Shown piece by piece: positions 48,387 through 61,511 of a stretch of 64,000 nucleotides of DNA (its first letter is position 1; every line of letters begins with the position of its first letter). Made by a program: the position numbers and the translations under genes. Origin of the DNA: Phoronis australis (lineage: Eukaryota > Animalia > Phoronida); the NCBI GenBank assembly GCA_002633005.1, contig NMRA01000052.1:150613-214612 (forward strand), written 5' to 3'. Below the pieces are notes generated by a model. It had not been told where the DNA came from. It did not search any database and saw only the letters and a program-made list of their open reading frames with translations.

Positions 48387-51300
48387 CTACACCATAAAGG
48401 CGCCAAAGAAAGTTGATTTTGGATCTCTTGGCACGAGGCTGATGTTGGAAGCTTTGACTGTCAGACGATCGCCGGCACTAAGAGAAAGTACTGCACCCAA
48501 ATAGCTAGTGTGAATTCCGAAATCTTTATCCTTTGACCAACATTTCGTCTGCGTTGTTCTAAGTACGACCTCTTCGTAACCCGGCAAGTCATCGTTCGAT
48601 TTGTAGATGGCTTGCCACACACGTTTGAAAGGAGTCACCTGCCGTGGCGACTTGTTTGGAAAATCGTTATAAAACGTCTCGACAAAATAAACCTGGCTGT
48701 ATACGTAATAATGACCGTCTTCTAGTACCTTGATACTCTCATTCTGATGCGAAAAGATGTGTCGAAAACGTCCCGGCTCTTTGTTATCCCACCCCGGGAT
48801 AGGTTTGCCTTCGGGGCCTGTGTAAAAAAAAAAACGTTAACAGTAGTTAAACAAGAGCTGAGTAACACGACTTCACATGCTCATGGAGAGTCACAGTGAA
48901 GTCTATGTGTTGACAAAATTCAAACTGTGAAGTGAAACTGATGGATGTAGGAATTTTCAAATACAACTTCAAAATGTCGACAGCACTCATACTGAATGCC
49001 TGGTCTGCTGATTCAAAGGTCTTGCAAGAGATGGCAAGTGCACTTTACAGGCGTGCGTTCAATAACGCTAGGACCAAGCAAAATTCTAGCAAAAGTCACG
49101 TGTTATCATTTAAAATATACGGCAATATCACACGTGATCTCGCGAAGTCTTACTTTTTAGCGAAGACCTAGCGTTACTGAACTGGAGTCAGGCTTACAAA
49201 TATCATGACTATTACATTGAAACTAGAATGTGTTGGAACAATGTTAGTCGGAAATACAAGACGCGAAATACCTAAAACGAGAGGTTCTCTTATTACACAA
49301 TCGTAACCTGCTAAGTCGGGGCTGACGTTCATTGGCTGTGAACACGACCCCTATCTTAAAAATTATTTTATTGATTTAGATCACTCATCATTGGGAACTT
49401 GGTCTCATACACACACTTTCACAGTGATTGTATAGGTGGCGATGTGTCACACGGTAGGTCTCGCATTGTTCGTTAGCCAAAATAGGTGTGACTGCTGGGC
49501 TTGAAAATTTCGTTATTGCTTGAGACCAAGCTCTGTAAGTTGGCTCGTCACGGCGTGGTACCATTTCATTCGCCCTGCATGTTCTTTAGAAATAACGAAC
49601 TGTCAGTTCTTTGCAAACCCAGACATCGCTTCTAATTTCATTAAGGAACAATTAGAAACCAATTTCATAGCGGTGGGTGGCCTAAATCAATTGTCGCTTT
49701 TTGTGGCGGAAGGTGGTCGTCAACCAAGCGCGACTGCTGGATCCGAGATAGCAACGTTGAGGTCAGCCTCGTCCCCAAGTCTCAAGATGGCACTGATGGG
49801 TTTGAGGTAAGCATGCAGCAAATTTATCGTTTAATGGCAGGTCATAAATAATACAAAATATAGTTACTAGCATTCAATATCAACTTAACATTTCGAGCAC
49901 CAAAAATGTGATACTGAAAGGCCCCTGCGGCGTTCACGAAAGCGATGCACGAATGATTACGAATAAATAATCCAGACAATGAACAAAAAATGGTAATGTT
50001 TTTTACTATGCAAAATCATCACGAATACAGTTTCAGTTTGGGGGAAAATGATAGTACCTCTAATTTTTAGAACGATGTTTAAGTGGTATACTAACAAATA
50101 GTTGAACAGAAAGAAGTTTTACAATCACAACGCTTTTGAAGAAAGGATATTTCATGAAAAGCCTGTTTGGTCATGGACTTCCCTTACACAAGTCTATGTC
50201 ACTTTGTTGTAATAAAAAAATGTTTTTCTAAGAAACGTTTAACTCAATAAAGGATTTTCTCGGAATCGTTGGATGCTAAACAGAAACTGGAATATATTTT
50301 TAGTTTTGATATATGTTTTATTAAAATTTTAATAGTTATCAAAGTAGTCTCAGGGGTTGTTTTAGTCCAGAAAAACGACCTTGACTGTACATCTTCTACA
50401 AAGATACGGTACTTATGAATTTTCGATAACTTTCATGGCTGACAAGAGGTATTACTGTTTTTACGACTCTTTCAAAATATGCGTAGGATATATAACCGAG
50501 TAGTGCTTCAAGTTTTGTTTGAAAATAAGATGAACACGATGAATAAGCTGCCACACGTATTGAAAAGGTTATGGGCGTTTGGCAAGGTTTCAGAAGCTCA
50601 GTAAACATGCCGGTTTTGACCAACATTGATTGACTGTTACTTGAACTGATGGTCCTCATCTCTTTACTGTAAAGTGTAGACATGTACTCAATAATGTGCC
50701 ACAAGAGGTCGCTTTTTATAAGTCTTAGGATCGTGGTAAATGTTTGAGAATGCCACAATATAATTCATTTTTAAACGAAAACTGGCTCAGCTCAAAGTGC
50801 CTCAATTTTGCACTCAGCGACGAGCAGCCAACTAAATACAAATGTAATGCTCATCCGATTTCTGGGCAGCAATGTAAACTATGCTCATAAGATAAATAAG
50901 AACCCAAAAACATAACAACAGTAACCAATAGCTTAATTTTACGGCGCGCATTGGCTATACGTGACGCAAACTGGACAGGAATGAATGAGCAAAAAATTCA
51001 TACATCGAAAGTGGTTTCTGAACATAACTTCCATGTACGTATAGTAAGTACATCCAGTGACGTCACCACCACGTGGCGTCGTACAAAGGTGTTGTCTAAT
51101 GCATGAGATTCAAGCTTTCTCGTGGTATTTTGAAAAATGAACATGGTTACTTTATTTAAAACACTCTCGTTTTCAAACGTATTTTTAAAGATGCATTTCG
51201 CCCTGCTTAGCTGGCTGAAGATCGAAAATCTAATCAGGCCTTTTAGTCTCATAAAATTGATCTCATAATATTCTTTACCGTGATAGTTTTGTATTTCCGT

Positions 51301-54063
51301 TACCAACTCACATCACAGATTACGCATGCATACTCTAAATTTCATTTGTTACAAATTTTCAAGATGGGATCTAAAACACGTTATTACAGTTTTCTTATTT
51401 CGTTTCCGTTTAATGCAACTTTTTAGTTTTTCCATGAAAAGCATACAAGTCCTCCTTTTGCAAAAGTAGAACAATGTGAAAACAATTCCTAATGCCACTT
51501 GAAGAACAGTGTATAAAGAACAGTAACTGAACATTTCATGTGAACCGAATCAGCCATTTTTGATATGTCATGCTCCGAAATTTGAACATTTATCTAGTGT
51601 GCTACACAACCCTAAGTTAAAAAAATATCAATGCATACAAGTGCACTTCATTGTTAATGCGATCACCGATTCTTGACGCTTTAGGTGCCAAAAATAATCA
51701 CCTGCATGTCTTAGTTCCTGCGGCGTCCCTCTCACCAGGTGGATCGATGGCCGAGGAGATCTCGTGCACGAGCTGTTGGACCTCAGCGTTTCATGCACTG
51801 AACGCTTGGCATTACAAGGATTTGCTGTGAAAAAAAATTCATTCACTCTCCAAAGAAGCTCATATTTATATGCAAGTCAACCAAAGAATGAAAATCAAAC
51901 TATTTCCATTGCCGACACAATGACATGAATGAAAACATAAAGAAGTTTGTAATCAATTTATTTAGAACAAGTCGGGTATAATAAAATCCCCCAAAATTAA
52001 TGCAAATCGAAAGAGATTAGGCATTTAGACGTTAACGACATTCAACTTACAGGAAATCGTCCAGTTACGTTAATCCAAATAACTATGTACATGTATCTAT
52101 TGAAGCCTTGAAGACTAAAAAACTTTGAAATCACGCGATTATCAATTCTCTGAAAAGCTTGGATTGCTACCTGAGCTTCATCTTTTTAAGACAAATAGGC
52201 AGAGCTCAGTGTAGGTTTTATTAAAAAAGACCTTAACGACGACAATGTTATACATTTGAGATCAGCACCAAAACGTTTTCGAACCCAAGACTTTAAATGC
52301 AGTTAGTAACCGAGTGTTTTAAACTGATAAGGTCAGCGGCTACGATTCCGATTAATTCTACCGAGTGACTGGAAGCCAACTTCGGGAATCGGCGATTTTA
52401 GACAAAATCACACAAATTCCAAATAGATTTTGCTTTTTATAGTTCTGGCCAAAGCTAATTCTTTCAAAATTTTTACTCTACCCAGCAATAATTTGAAAAT
52501 GCGTTTTTCGGCAAAAAATGATTATATCCCTTTAATTTTACTAATTTCAATTTTGAAACACATAAAAGTCATTTTTAAAACATTGTTCCAATTCTTCATT
52601 TTGAGGACTAAAATATACATTATTTAAAAACAGAACCAAAAATCTGCTGTAGCACGCTCAAGATTGAAGAATAACGTAGTGTAGAAATGAAAATACACTG
52701 CATAAACTTACAAACAATGTGGCCTATAAATTTCCTTTGGGAATGTTAAGGTAGAATCTGTTTCACATCTCTATTTTCAGTGATAAAACACTTATTATCT
52801 CTTTTGCTTAAAAAGGTCAATACATTACATAGGCTAAACGGGTGGTAATGTTACGTCAGTTTTGAGCTCCAAAGAAAAAAAAGTTAGCAATAGAAATGAA
52901 ACGGCATCGCAGCTTAATGTCTTTTCAAGTGTCCTTTTGGACGAAAGACATCCACTGAAACCAAAACAACCAGTAGTGATAAAATTCGCGAAAAGTCATC
53001 TCGAGATTATCACAAGAAAAATTAGTTTTGTTTTTCCTTGACCAAAAGGGGACGCTGTTACACCACTTTTCTTCGAAGCCGTCTTTCCAGGATGCTGATA
53101 CCCGACCCTTGTGTCAAGTTTACCCAATCATCGTTAAGCATTCACACAGACAGGTGATTTATATGTATACCTTTGATCAACTCTTTGTCAAGTGTGTCCC
53201 TTGAAATCTGAAACGTTTAAACAAATTTACATTCACCAATAGGATCATTTTAACTGTCGAGGGCCGTTGACATTATAATGTTAAACTAAGAGCTCTCTGT
53301 ACTGATAGGAAATTTCTGCAAACCGTTGAACAAAAAGCCCGCCAATATGATTCAGAGCCTAAATATAACAATGACTGCAGAGAAGGTATTATAAGAGCTC
53401 AGGGTATTCCCGACCACCAGAAATAATAATACTAACAAATATTCAATACACACTGAAACACATAGGAGATGCCTGAAAGATTCTGAATACATGTGAAACT
53501 AATAACAAGTAGTATGACAAAATCGTGATGGATCTGGAACAAGTATGTATCAAACTGGAAAACAAATCCAAACCTGTAGATATAAAGTCCTTCATACTTA
53601 CTGTCTCAATCACATTAATGAATTTGCCGAAATCTTCGAAACAGCACATTTCTCTGGGTCCCTGGACCACCATGTGTTTTAAAAACTTGTCATCCAAAAT
53701 TCGTGCACAAGGCAAACAAAATTGTTTGGTTCCTGTGTTCCCTTGGGTTTCGTGCCTTTTAACAGATTGTTTCAAACTGCTCAGCTCTGCCTCTGTGTCA
53801 AGATTTTTCATAAACAGGTACACGACAAATCCGGTCAAGATCATCTCGCTGGTGACAAAAATAATGAAGATGAATTTATAACCGGAGCTCGGACACGGTG
53901 TCCCAGAGTTACCCTGGGTATCCTCTGGCTGGCATAATTCTAAATTCATCGACGCCGAGCGGTCAACTTTCAGTGGGGTCGTCGATTCGCATGATTCCAG
54001 CGATAATTCACTTATTTTCGACTCAACTCGAGACACTGCGGGCCTTTGTGCTGGCTTTTGCAT
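48387..54063 (-). CDS. TNF ligand superfamily member C (TRAIL/TNFSF10-like, 350 aa); exons 54063-53602, 53207-53171, 51824-51702, 48817-48387
   Basis: TM helix FIFIIFVTSEMILTGFVVYLFM, CLPC-x20-CC, 37-nt exon 2 (ISRDTLDKELIK), exon 3 RPSIHLV. THD exon has IKVLEDGHYYVYSQVYF, QTKCWSKDKDFG, YLGAVLSLSAGDRLTVKAS and TFFGAFMV*. In frame (1053 nt). Confidence 0.92.
49028..49192 (+). mobile_element. MITE family R1 copy (TNF-C intron 3)
   Basis: caggcgtgcgttcaataacgctaggacc...gacctagcgttactgaactggagtcagg. Confidence 0.75.
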
Positions 54064-54540
54064 TGTCCATAGACGCGGAATCGGTCAGTCCATTTGGAAG
54101 AGATAAGTTGTAGGCCTACCCATACGACCACCGTGAATTCCCAATGCCTAGTTTCGAAAACCACTGCAAAGGATATCCATACTAGGTCCTACATGTTTCG
54201 ACACAAGCGGAAGAAACTACCCGCCGCCAATGAAGCGTGTTTACTACTGTCCCCGGCTCAAGGTTCCGAGAAATTTACCCTTCTGATAACAAAGACCCCG
54301 GGATTTGCACAGTCACGTGAGTACTCTGAAGGTCAAGATTAGGTAATTTGTTTTCTGGGTCACAACAGAGACGCCTTCGGCTTCTATCGTTGTCCTAATA
54401 GGTGGACGTTAAGGTAGGTGTATACACTGATCAAATCTCCAGGTTCCTAACTAAAATGAGTAAAAAGGGAGTTTTAACTAGGTAGACATGATTCTGAAAG
54501 TGACAAAAATCGAAAAAAAAATGTTTTTTGTAAATTGCGT

Positions 54541-54733
54541 GTTAGTGGCGTAAATTAAAGTTAATTTACGTGAGTAATTTACGCTCGTAAATAATTATTT
54601 ACGCTGTTAAAAGTTACTTCAAGCCACAAACAATTCCTTTACGCCGTTAAAACCTAATTTAAACCCCAAATATAATTAATTCACACCGTTAATAGTTAAT
54701 TTACGCCGTTAATAATTAATTTACGCCACTAAC
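54541..54733. repeat. Inverted-repeat-bounded array of about 20-bp units (aatttacgccgttaa)
   Basis: gttagtggcgtaaattaa (54541) and ttaatttacgccactaac (54716) are perfect 18-bp inverted repeats enclosing degenerate tandem units. Confidence 0.75.
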
Positions 54734-55208
54734 AAGAATTAATTTACACACGTAATTTACGTGCATAACATTCATCCATTTGGTCAACGATAGGGTTCTC
54801 CATCTCCGAAGCACATTTTGGCTAGCGTTTTGAACTCACTATACTTACACGTACACTTTGGTGGCACTGCAGAAATGATTGTTGTGTAATGCCTCGTTTT
54901 TGCATCATCTTTAACAACAGAAACGTGAAAGTGCATGTGCTCCAAACATGAAGAACCATTTGTCGTTTACAAGTGGATACAACACTTCATTTTCAAGTAC
55001 TATGACGAATTCCTCACGCAAGTGAGCAGGTTTGAGTAGAAGGTTTTCCATCGAGAAATGCAGTGAACCACATATGGCCCTTTATTTTTGAATTTGTGCC
55101 CGATAACGTTCTCCCATACAAGGTACCTGATGGATGACTTTTTCACTACCGAGCTGCGAAAAAACTCTATATTGCATACAACAAAATTGCCCGTGCACGT
55201 GAAAGCCA

Positions 55209-55318
55209 CATGGCGTCCGTAGCTTCTGGTCGTCCCTAATGCACTATGTGTATAATACCAAAAGTTTAGTATTATACTTAATGTATTTGGGGACGATCAG
55301 AAGCTACACGGTGCCTGG
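55209..55318. mobile_element. Foldback/palindromic mini-element with 9-bp TSD (MULE-like)
   Basis: Near-perfect palindrome 55219-55307; tgaaagcca directly repeated at 55200-55208 and 55319-55327. Confidence 0.6.
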
Positions 55319-58300
55319 TGAAAGCCAGGAATCTGGTGAAAGGATGCTTTTTCCGTCATAATGACTAATGACCTGCCGTTTCCATGGAAACTAATGGTCC
55401 CATCTATGAATGCACTGTAGAAAGGAATCTTAATTTCCCAGTTCACGCGCACCTACCGTAAAAAACGTAGTCGAGTACCACGGTCCTGGAGTTCGAACAC
55501 AAGTTCTACGTCAAAGACTGAAAAACCGTTACCGTATTTGCTCACGTGTTATTTTTCAAAAAGATGTACAGTTTTGCTCGAGTGTTTTGGATTGACACAT
55601 AAGTGCATGTGCCTACGTTTCACTTATGGTTTACGTAGGTCAGTGAACTTGAGATGTGGTTGACACCGTCTTCTTGTCCTGTCATCATCGTATAGTATTT
55701 TTGCAGTAGTTGATCTTTGTGTGTAAAAACAGCTTATCGTTTTACTTTGCTAGCTTCACGCTCATGTCATAAAATCGTGCTCTGCATTTGATTCGCTCAA
55801 GTTTTACGCACGTAGTAGCATGTGCCTACTTCGTATAGAGGCAATCTGATACTTGTACGCCTACGGTATGAGGATGTTACGAATTCGGCACGCGGTAACT
55901 AGAATTAGGTTTGTTACGCATGTAAGGATATCGGGATATATATATTTTATGTCATCATGGTTAATTAATAAGAATCCCAGTGGTCAGTGATCTCTTATTT
56001 TCCTTTGTCACCACTGTCATCCATTGAGCCAATATTGTCACAGGCTATTCAAAAGGCACGAGCCTTGATTTCAACGAATGCCTGGCTGATGATAAAATCA
56101 AACAAAACAGCGGGTTTTTCTGGTCAAAGATAATTACTGCAAGAAGTCCGTCTCACTCAACAACAACTCCCAGTGATGTTGTGCTGATTACCCGTAAAAT
56201 GGAAGATAATACATCTTGTGAATGTTCGTATTAAACGCCTGAGTTTGTCTTCTGATATTATCTACTTTGGAAGATCCACATATGAATGCGGTATAAAAAA
56301 CACCTGAGTACTCCAACGATGATCACAGCCCGTGGTGCGGCGTGGAATCCTGTTCAAATATTTTGAACGAAAGAACCCAGTAGCAAAATAATACCTTTCA
56401 TCGTGTTTGACTTACTCTGTTTACATGAACTCGACCTACAAATACAGCCCCTGGATTACGGGCAATAAACTGGCGAGATATGAAGGCTACTGCAGAGAGT
56501 AGTGGCGGTTTCACACCAAGATCTGTACCTAAGTGGTGTCTTTTCTGATTTCACTCCTACTACGAAAGGGTTCGATTTATAGGTCAAGTAAAGTCAAAAG
56601 GATAGTTTATTTAGCAGACTTCTGCAGAATAGTTCTTGTTTTATTCAACCTTGTGACAAATTCAAATGGTAGTTTACTTCTATTTTTATTTATCAAAGAT
56701 CGTTTTGTCAATGTTCTGTGATGGAAATATTTTTTCTAAAAGGCCTTTCTGTAAATGCTCTCAACAAATGGGTTCCTCTTAAGTGGAACTTGCAGGCTAA
56801 GGACTAATCTCTGTGATTGCTTCGTCAAATTAGTTACAAACGACAACATAGGGCGATGATGTGAATGTGAAGTATCTAATAAATGTTTTTCAGAACGAGT
56901 TTTGAGGCGAAAATAATCAGCCGCAAATCACTGAACCGTGTCGAGTAGGTATCGTGACGTGGCATGCCATTACGGTAGGCCTACAAAATTCATCTTTTTG
57001 CAGACTGATTTTTCCTTTCAACAAATTGTGAATGAATACAACTGCACTTTGTTAGCGTAGATTATGTTAAATAGCATTGTTGTGTAGTTCCTGCTACTGG
57101 TATATATTAGCATGCAAATGCGCCTTTAATCGTACCACATCACTCTCTTATTCCTCCGCCACAGATTGAGTGATGACCGACCGATCCAGTCAGGAGTTCG
57201 GTTCCGATGACCTGGCTTGATCGGCGATTTTTGTCGCCTCAATAATACCGATTACAGAATTTTGACGTCGATGCCCAGTCAGCGCTCCCGAGTCCACGAT
57301 AATTGTCCGATTATCAACCGTTGTAATAACCAAGTTTCCGTGGCTGATATTCATCTGATCGGCTTCAGAGCCCTTATGTGACCGAGGGTGAAAATTCTAT
57401 TTTACTAATGACAAACCCCGTCAGAGCAGCATAAAGTGTCCGCTGGCAGAACACTCGACCTTGATTGTTTACAACGTACATGTGCACTAGAAAGCCAGAA
57501 AGGGGTAGCTAAAAATTGCGCCACCGACTTGGTCCGTTGCCAAAAGCTTCACCTGGTCGGATACAGTGTTACAAAAGATGACAATTTAATCCTGCACGAA
57601 ATACAAAAAAACATGCCAGTTTGAATTAAATGTTCACCTGGCTGTATCTAATAAAAAGGAGCTCGTGCTGATAACATTAACGTCACTTCAAGCTTGTATA
57701 TAATGTTGCTACCGACTTCAGACAGGTGTATGGCCCCTGATGTACTCGCTGTCTGGTTTTAATTTGACACGACATTAGAGTAAAACACGCGTGTCTGTTT
57801 CATATAATGTCCGTTTAGGCTTGGCAATTGCCGAATTAGGTCTTTTTTAAAGATATACTACCTGCAGTCAGTGACTACGTCTTTGAAAAATTATGAGAAA
57901 TTACGAAACAGAAATCTTTTAGCTAAAGTGAAGGATTTACAGTCATGCATGCACAACGGCATTTGTGTATATCCAGGATATGTGATTTTGAGCCATGCAT
58001 TGAATTTCAGTGATCGGAACCGGGAGAAACTCGATTGTATTTTTAAGGGCTTGTGTCGTTGGGACATAAGATACTTACCCTTTAGAGAGTCAGCACGATA
58101 AAACAGTGCACTTTTACCGCAAGCAAGAATTGTTGAATGGTAGCCATTTTGGGATGAAAAGGTCACTCTTTCGTAAAGGTGTTTACTAAAGTATCCTTTT
58201 GTTGCAGCGTTATCACGTCAAAACGTGTATTATTTTATTGACTTACTGAAATCCTTTAGGACGGCATAATTTTAAACGCAACTATAACCTTAATTATATG

Positions 58301-60731
58301 ATAGCAAATATAATCGGAACATGGACCCTCTGGTAGGAGAGTTGATAGCGAAAAAGTCGCTCATGAGCAACATACGTCGTGTATACCTCCTTTGCAAGTA
58401 ACCCCAGGAAAGTTAGCCAACAAACTTATGCGGGGTCTGAGATTTGACTAGGGAAATTAATACGCAACCTTATACATGTGAACTGGTGCATTTCTATAGT
58501 TGTGTAATCGATCTTAAAAAAGTGGGGAGGTAAAGTCTTGTGTGGTTTTAATTCTAAGGCGAAAAACAGATTAAATAATGTCAAAACTAACACATGACCC
58601 TGGAACTGTCTCTTGACCTGTAGAGTTGTGTTCAGTCTAAGTGGTATGACACTATGCTTCCGTTCTAAATGAAAGTTTGGAAGTTTGCCCCCAGTCAAAG
58701 GTCCATGCCCCCTACAGTCAAGTTATCAGTGATTCCCCTCGCACTCGGCATGCAGTACGTCAGACGTAAGAATTTCATTAGAACGCACGATAACGCAAGA
58801 GTTCGAAAGATATCGCCATGTACTGCAAATGAAGCACATTACGACATTAACTTCCTTCAGTTCGCGAGAGTCTTGCGTCTGCCGAGCTCAACCCATAATA
58901 TTATTGCAGGTACATGAAGTCCGGCCATGCCGATTCTGAACCGGTCTACTCGGTATCTACCTGTCAGCTTTGATATAAACGTTTTGCTGTGACTATCTGT
59001 AATAACTGCGTGGAACATTTTCCTGTGCTTGCATGCTTTTTTACTTTCATTATCATTTTCGTGATTTGCAAATACACCGATCAGCAAGTAGAATGCGAGT
59101 ATGTTTTGATTAGGTTTTTGCATTTGGGGTATTCATTAAGTCTCCACGAACAAATCCGGGCATTGTCAGTCGCTAGGCCAATTACTGGAAAGATTTAGTT
59201 GTTTACCACTTGAGAAGTTGTTCTGAACATATTTATTGACCTGGAGCCAAAAAAGCCCCCGTAGTTTGACCTCCACACAATCAATGTCTGATACCCTGGC
59301 CAAATCATAACGCGCAGACGTACTTTGGATACAACCTCGTCTGAAGTATAACGTACACTAGTTTAACAACGGCTTTCGACAGGACAGTTGTCAATACAGT
59401 AAAGGTGCACTGGCTAAGATGCGTTGCTTTTTCACACTGTTTGTTCGTGACCCCATGAAGTAACACTGGTAATTTCCAGTAAGAACACACTTTTGTACAT
59501 ACGTTACAGGCTAGATGCTTGGACTTTCTTTTTTTTAACTCATGTACAGTTTCAGTACTCTTGCAGCTATCCGATTGCTTGTACCCGTGGCTGGTGTCTA
59601 CCGGGGGATGGGGGTGGTGGGGAAGAGCCGTGGTGTGGCGCGCCATTCGCAACAAAGAAGCGCGAATAAATAAAAATGCGTTGAACAAAGTTACGAGAAA
59701 TCATTTAAGCCAACACTTCAACGGTTGTCCAAAGCTTTTTTTACGAAAAAGTAATTCTATTTTCTTACGTGAACGTGTTTGTCTTTTGCTTTTGTTTTCG
59801 CAAAAATTTGCAAGTACAGTAATACTCGACTTCCCCGTCTGCTGAATGCACGTGACCTTAGAACCGCCTTACTGCAAGCACACATTTCCGGGCCTTAAAT
59901 TTTATATTTCAGACAGGATGACCTTCAACACGGTACTTCCCTCAAAAATTGAAGCGGTCGGCAGCTATAATGATTATTAGGTTTTCAAAGCGGATTTGCT
60001 CGTTTAGGAAAAAATTTTTTGCATAATTATGCTACCCACTGGCCAAAACGATTCTAAGATTTGTGAGCCACTCCGGCAGCGAGACATTTCCAAATTAGTC
60101 AAAGACTGGCAACATCATAATTCAAGGTTTACGCTTAAAATTCGTCGATCAAACATAGTGCCAAAGTGTCTATGGAAGACGTGGAAGACGGGAGCGAAAT
60201 GCAAAATCACCTGGCTGCAATGCGTGTTTTCGCCCGTAAAACCGATCATGACCGGGCAAAGCAAACATTTTTATTGTTCAACATCCTAAACTGAAAATCC
60301 CTGTTTATAAGAGATAACGCAGCATTGATTGCAGTTCCTCTTGCCCTTGGCGACCACATAAAAGTGACCTAAACGAAAACAACGGTAAAACCGAGAGACA
60401 TGCACACACAAACATCCTTTCCCAGTGACATGAGAGAAAGCACCGTGGATTCATCATGTAACAAGTGGCTTCTCAGTGGTTAAGTACTAGTCCACGAGAG
60501 CACCAGCCATGAGTGGCAAGGTGGGGGTCAGCCGATTTTCACCAAATTTGGCACATAGGTAGTCCTATGGGATCTATAAACAGCGGTAAAATATTTCCTC
60601 AAAATATTGCGTTTTTCTAAAGTTATAGGCTCAAACACATTTTACGGCTTCGCAGCCATGTTTTCACGGTATAAAAACTGTCCAGTTTTAACTGTTCATA
60701 TGTTTCCTTGAATGAAAGCTATTGATTTATT

Positions 60732-61511
60732 NNNNNNNNNNNNNNNNNNNNNNNNNNNNNNNNNNNNNNNNNNNNNNNNNNNNNNNNNNNNNNNNNNNNN
60801 NNNNNNNNNNNNNNNNNNNNNNNNNNNNNNNNNNNNNNNNNNNNNNNNNNNNNNNNNNNNNNNNNNNNNNNNNNNNNNNNNNNNNNNNNNNNNNNNNNNN
60901 NNNNNNNNNNNNNNNNNNNNNNNNNNNNNNNNNNNNNNNNNNNNNNNNNNNNNNNNNNNNNNNNNNNNNNNNNNNNNNNNNNNNNNNNNNNNNNNNNNNN
61001 NNNNNNNNNNNNNNNNNNNNNNNNNNNNNNNNNNNNNNNNNNNNNNNNNNNNNNNNNNNNNNNNNNNNNNNNNNNNNNNNNNNNNNNNNNNNNNNNNNNN
61101 NNNNNNNNNNNNNNNNNNNNNNNNNNNNNNNNNNNNNNNNNNNNNNNNNNNNNNNNNNNNNNNNNNNNNNNNNNNNNNNNNNNNNNNNNNNNNNNNNNNN
61201 NNNNNNNNNNNNNNNNNNNNNNNNNNNNNNNNNNNNNNNNNNNNNNNNNNNNNNNNNNNNNNNNNNNNNNNNNNNNNNNNNNNNNNNNNNNNNNNNNNNN
61301 NNNNNNNNNNNNNNNNNNNNNNNNNNNNNNNNNNNNNNNNNNNNNNNNNNNNNNNNNNNNNNNNNNNNNNNNNNNNNNNNNNNNNNNNNNNNNNNNNNNN
61401 NNNNNNNNNNNNNNNNNNNNNNNNNNNNNNNNNNNNNNNNNNNNNNNNNNNNNNNNNNNNNNNNNNNNNNNNNNNNNNNNNNNNNNNNNNNNNNNNNNNN
61501 NNNNNNNNNNN
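60732..61511. other. Assembly gap (N)
   Basis: Run of N. Confidence 0.99.

Noticed and set aside
3456-54063. Functional coupling of the thioesterase pair with the TNF cluster as one system
   Set aside because: Convergent neighbours in an animal genome; adjacency alone is not evidence without conserved synteny or co-expression.
55003-55030. About 26-nt resemblance to the TNF-B exon 4 acceptor region in inverted orientation
   Set aside because: Similarity does not extend on either side; probably chance.
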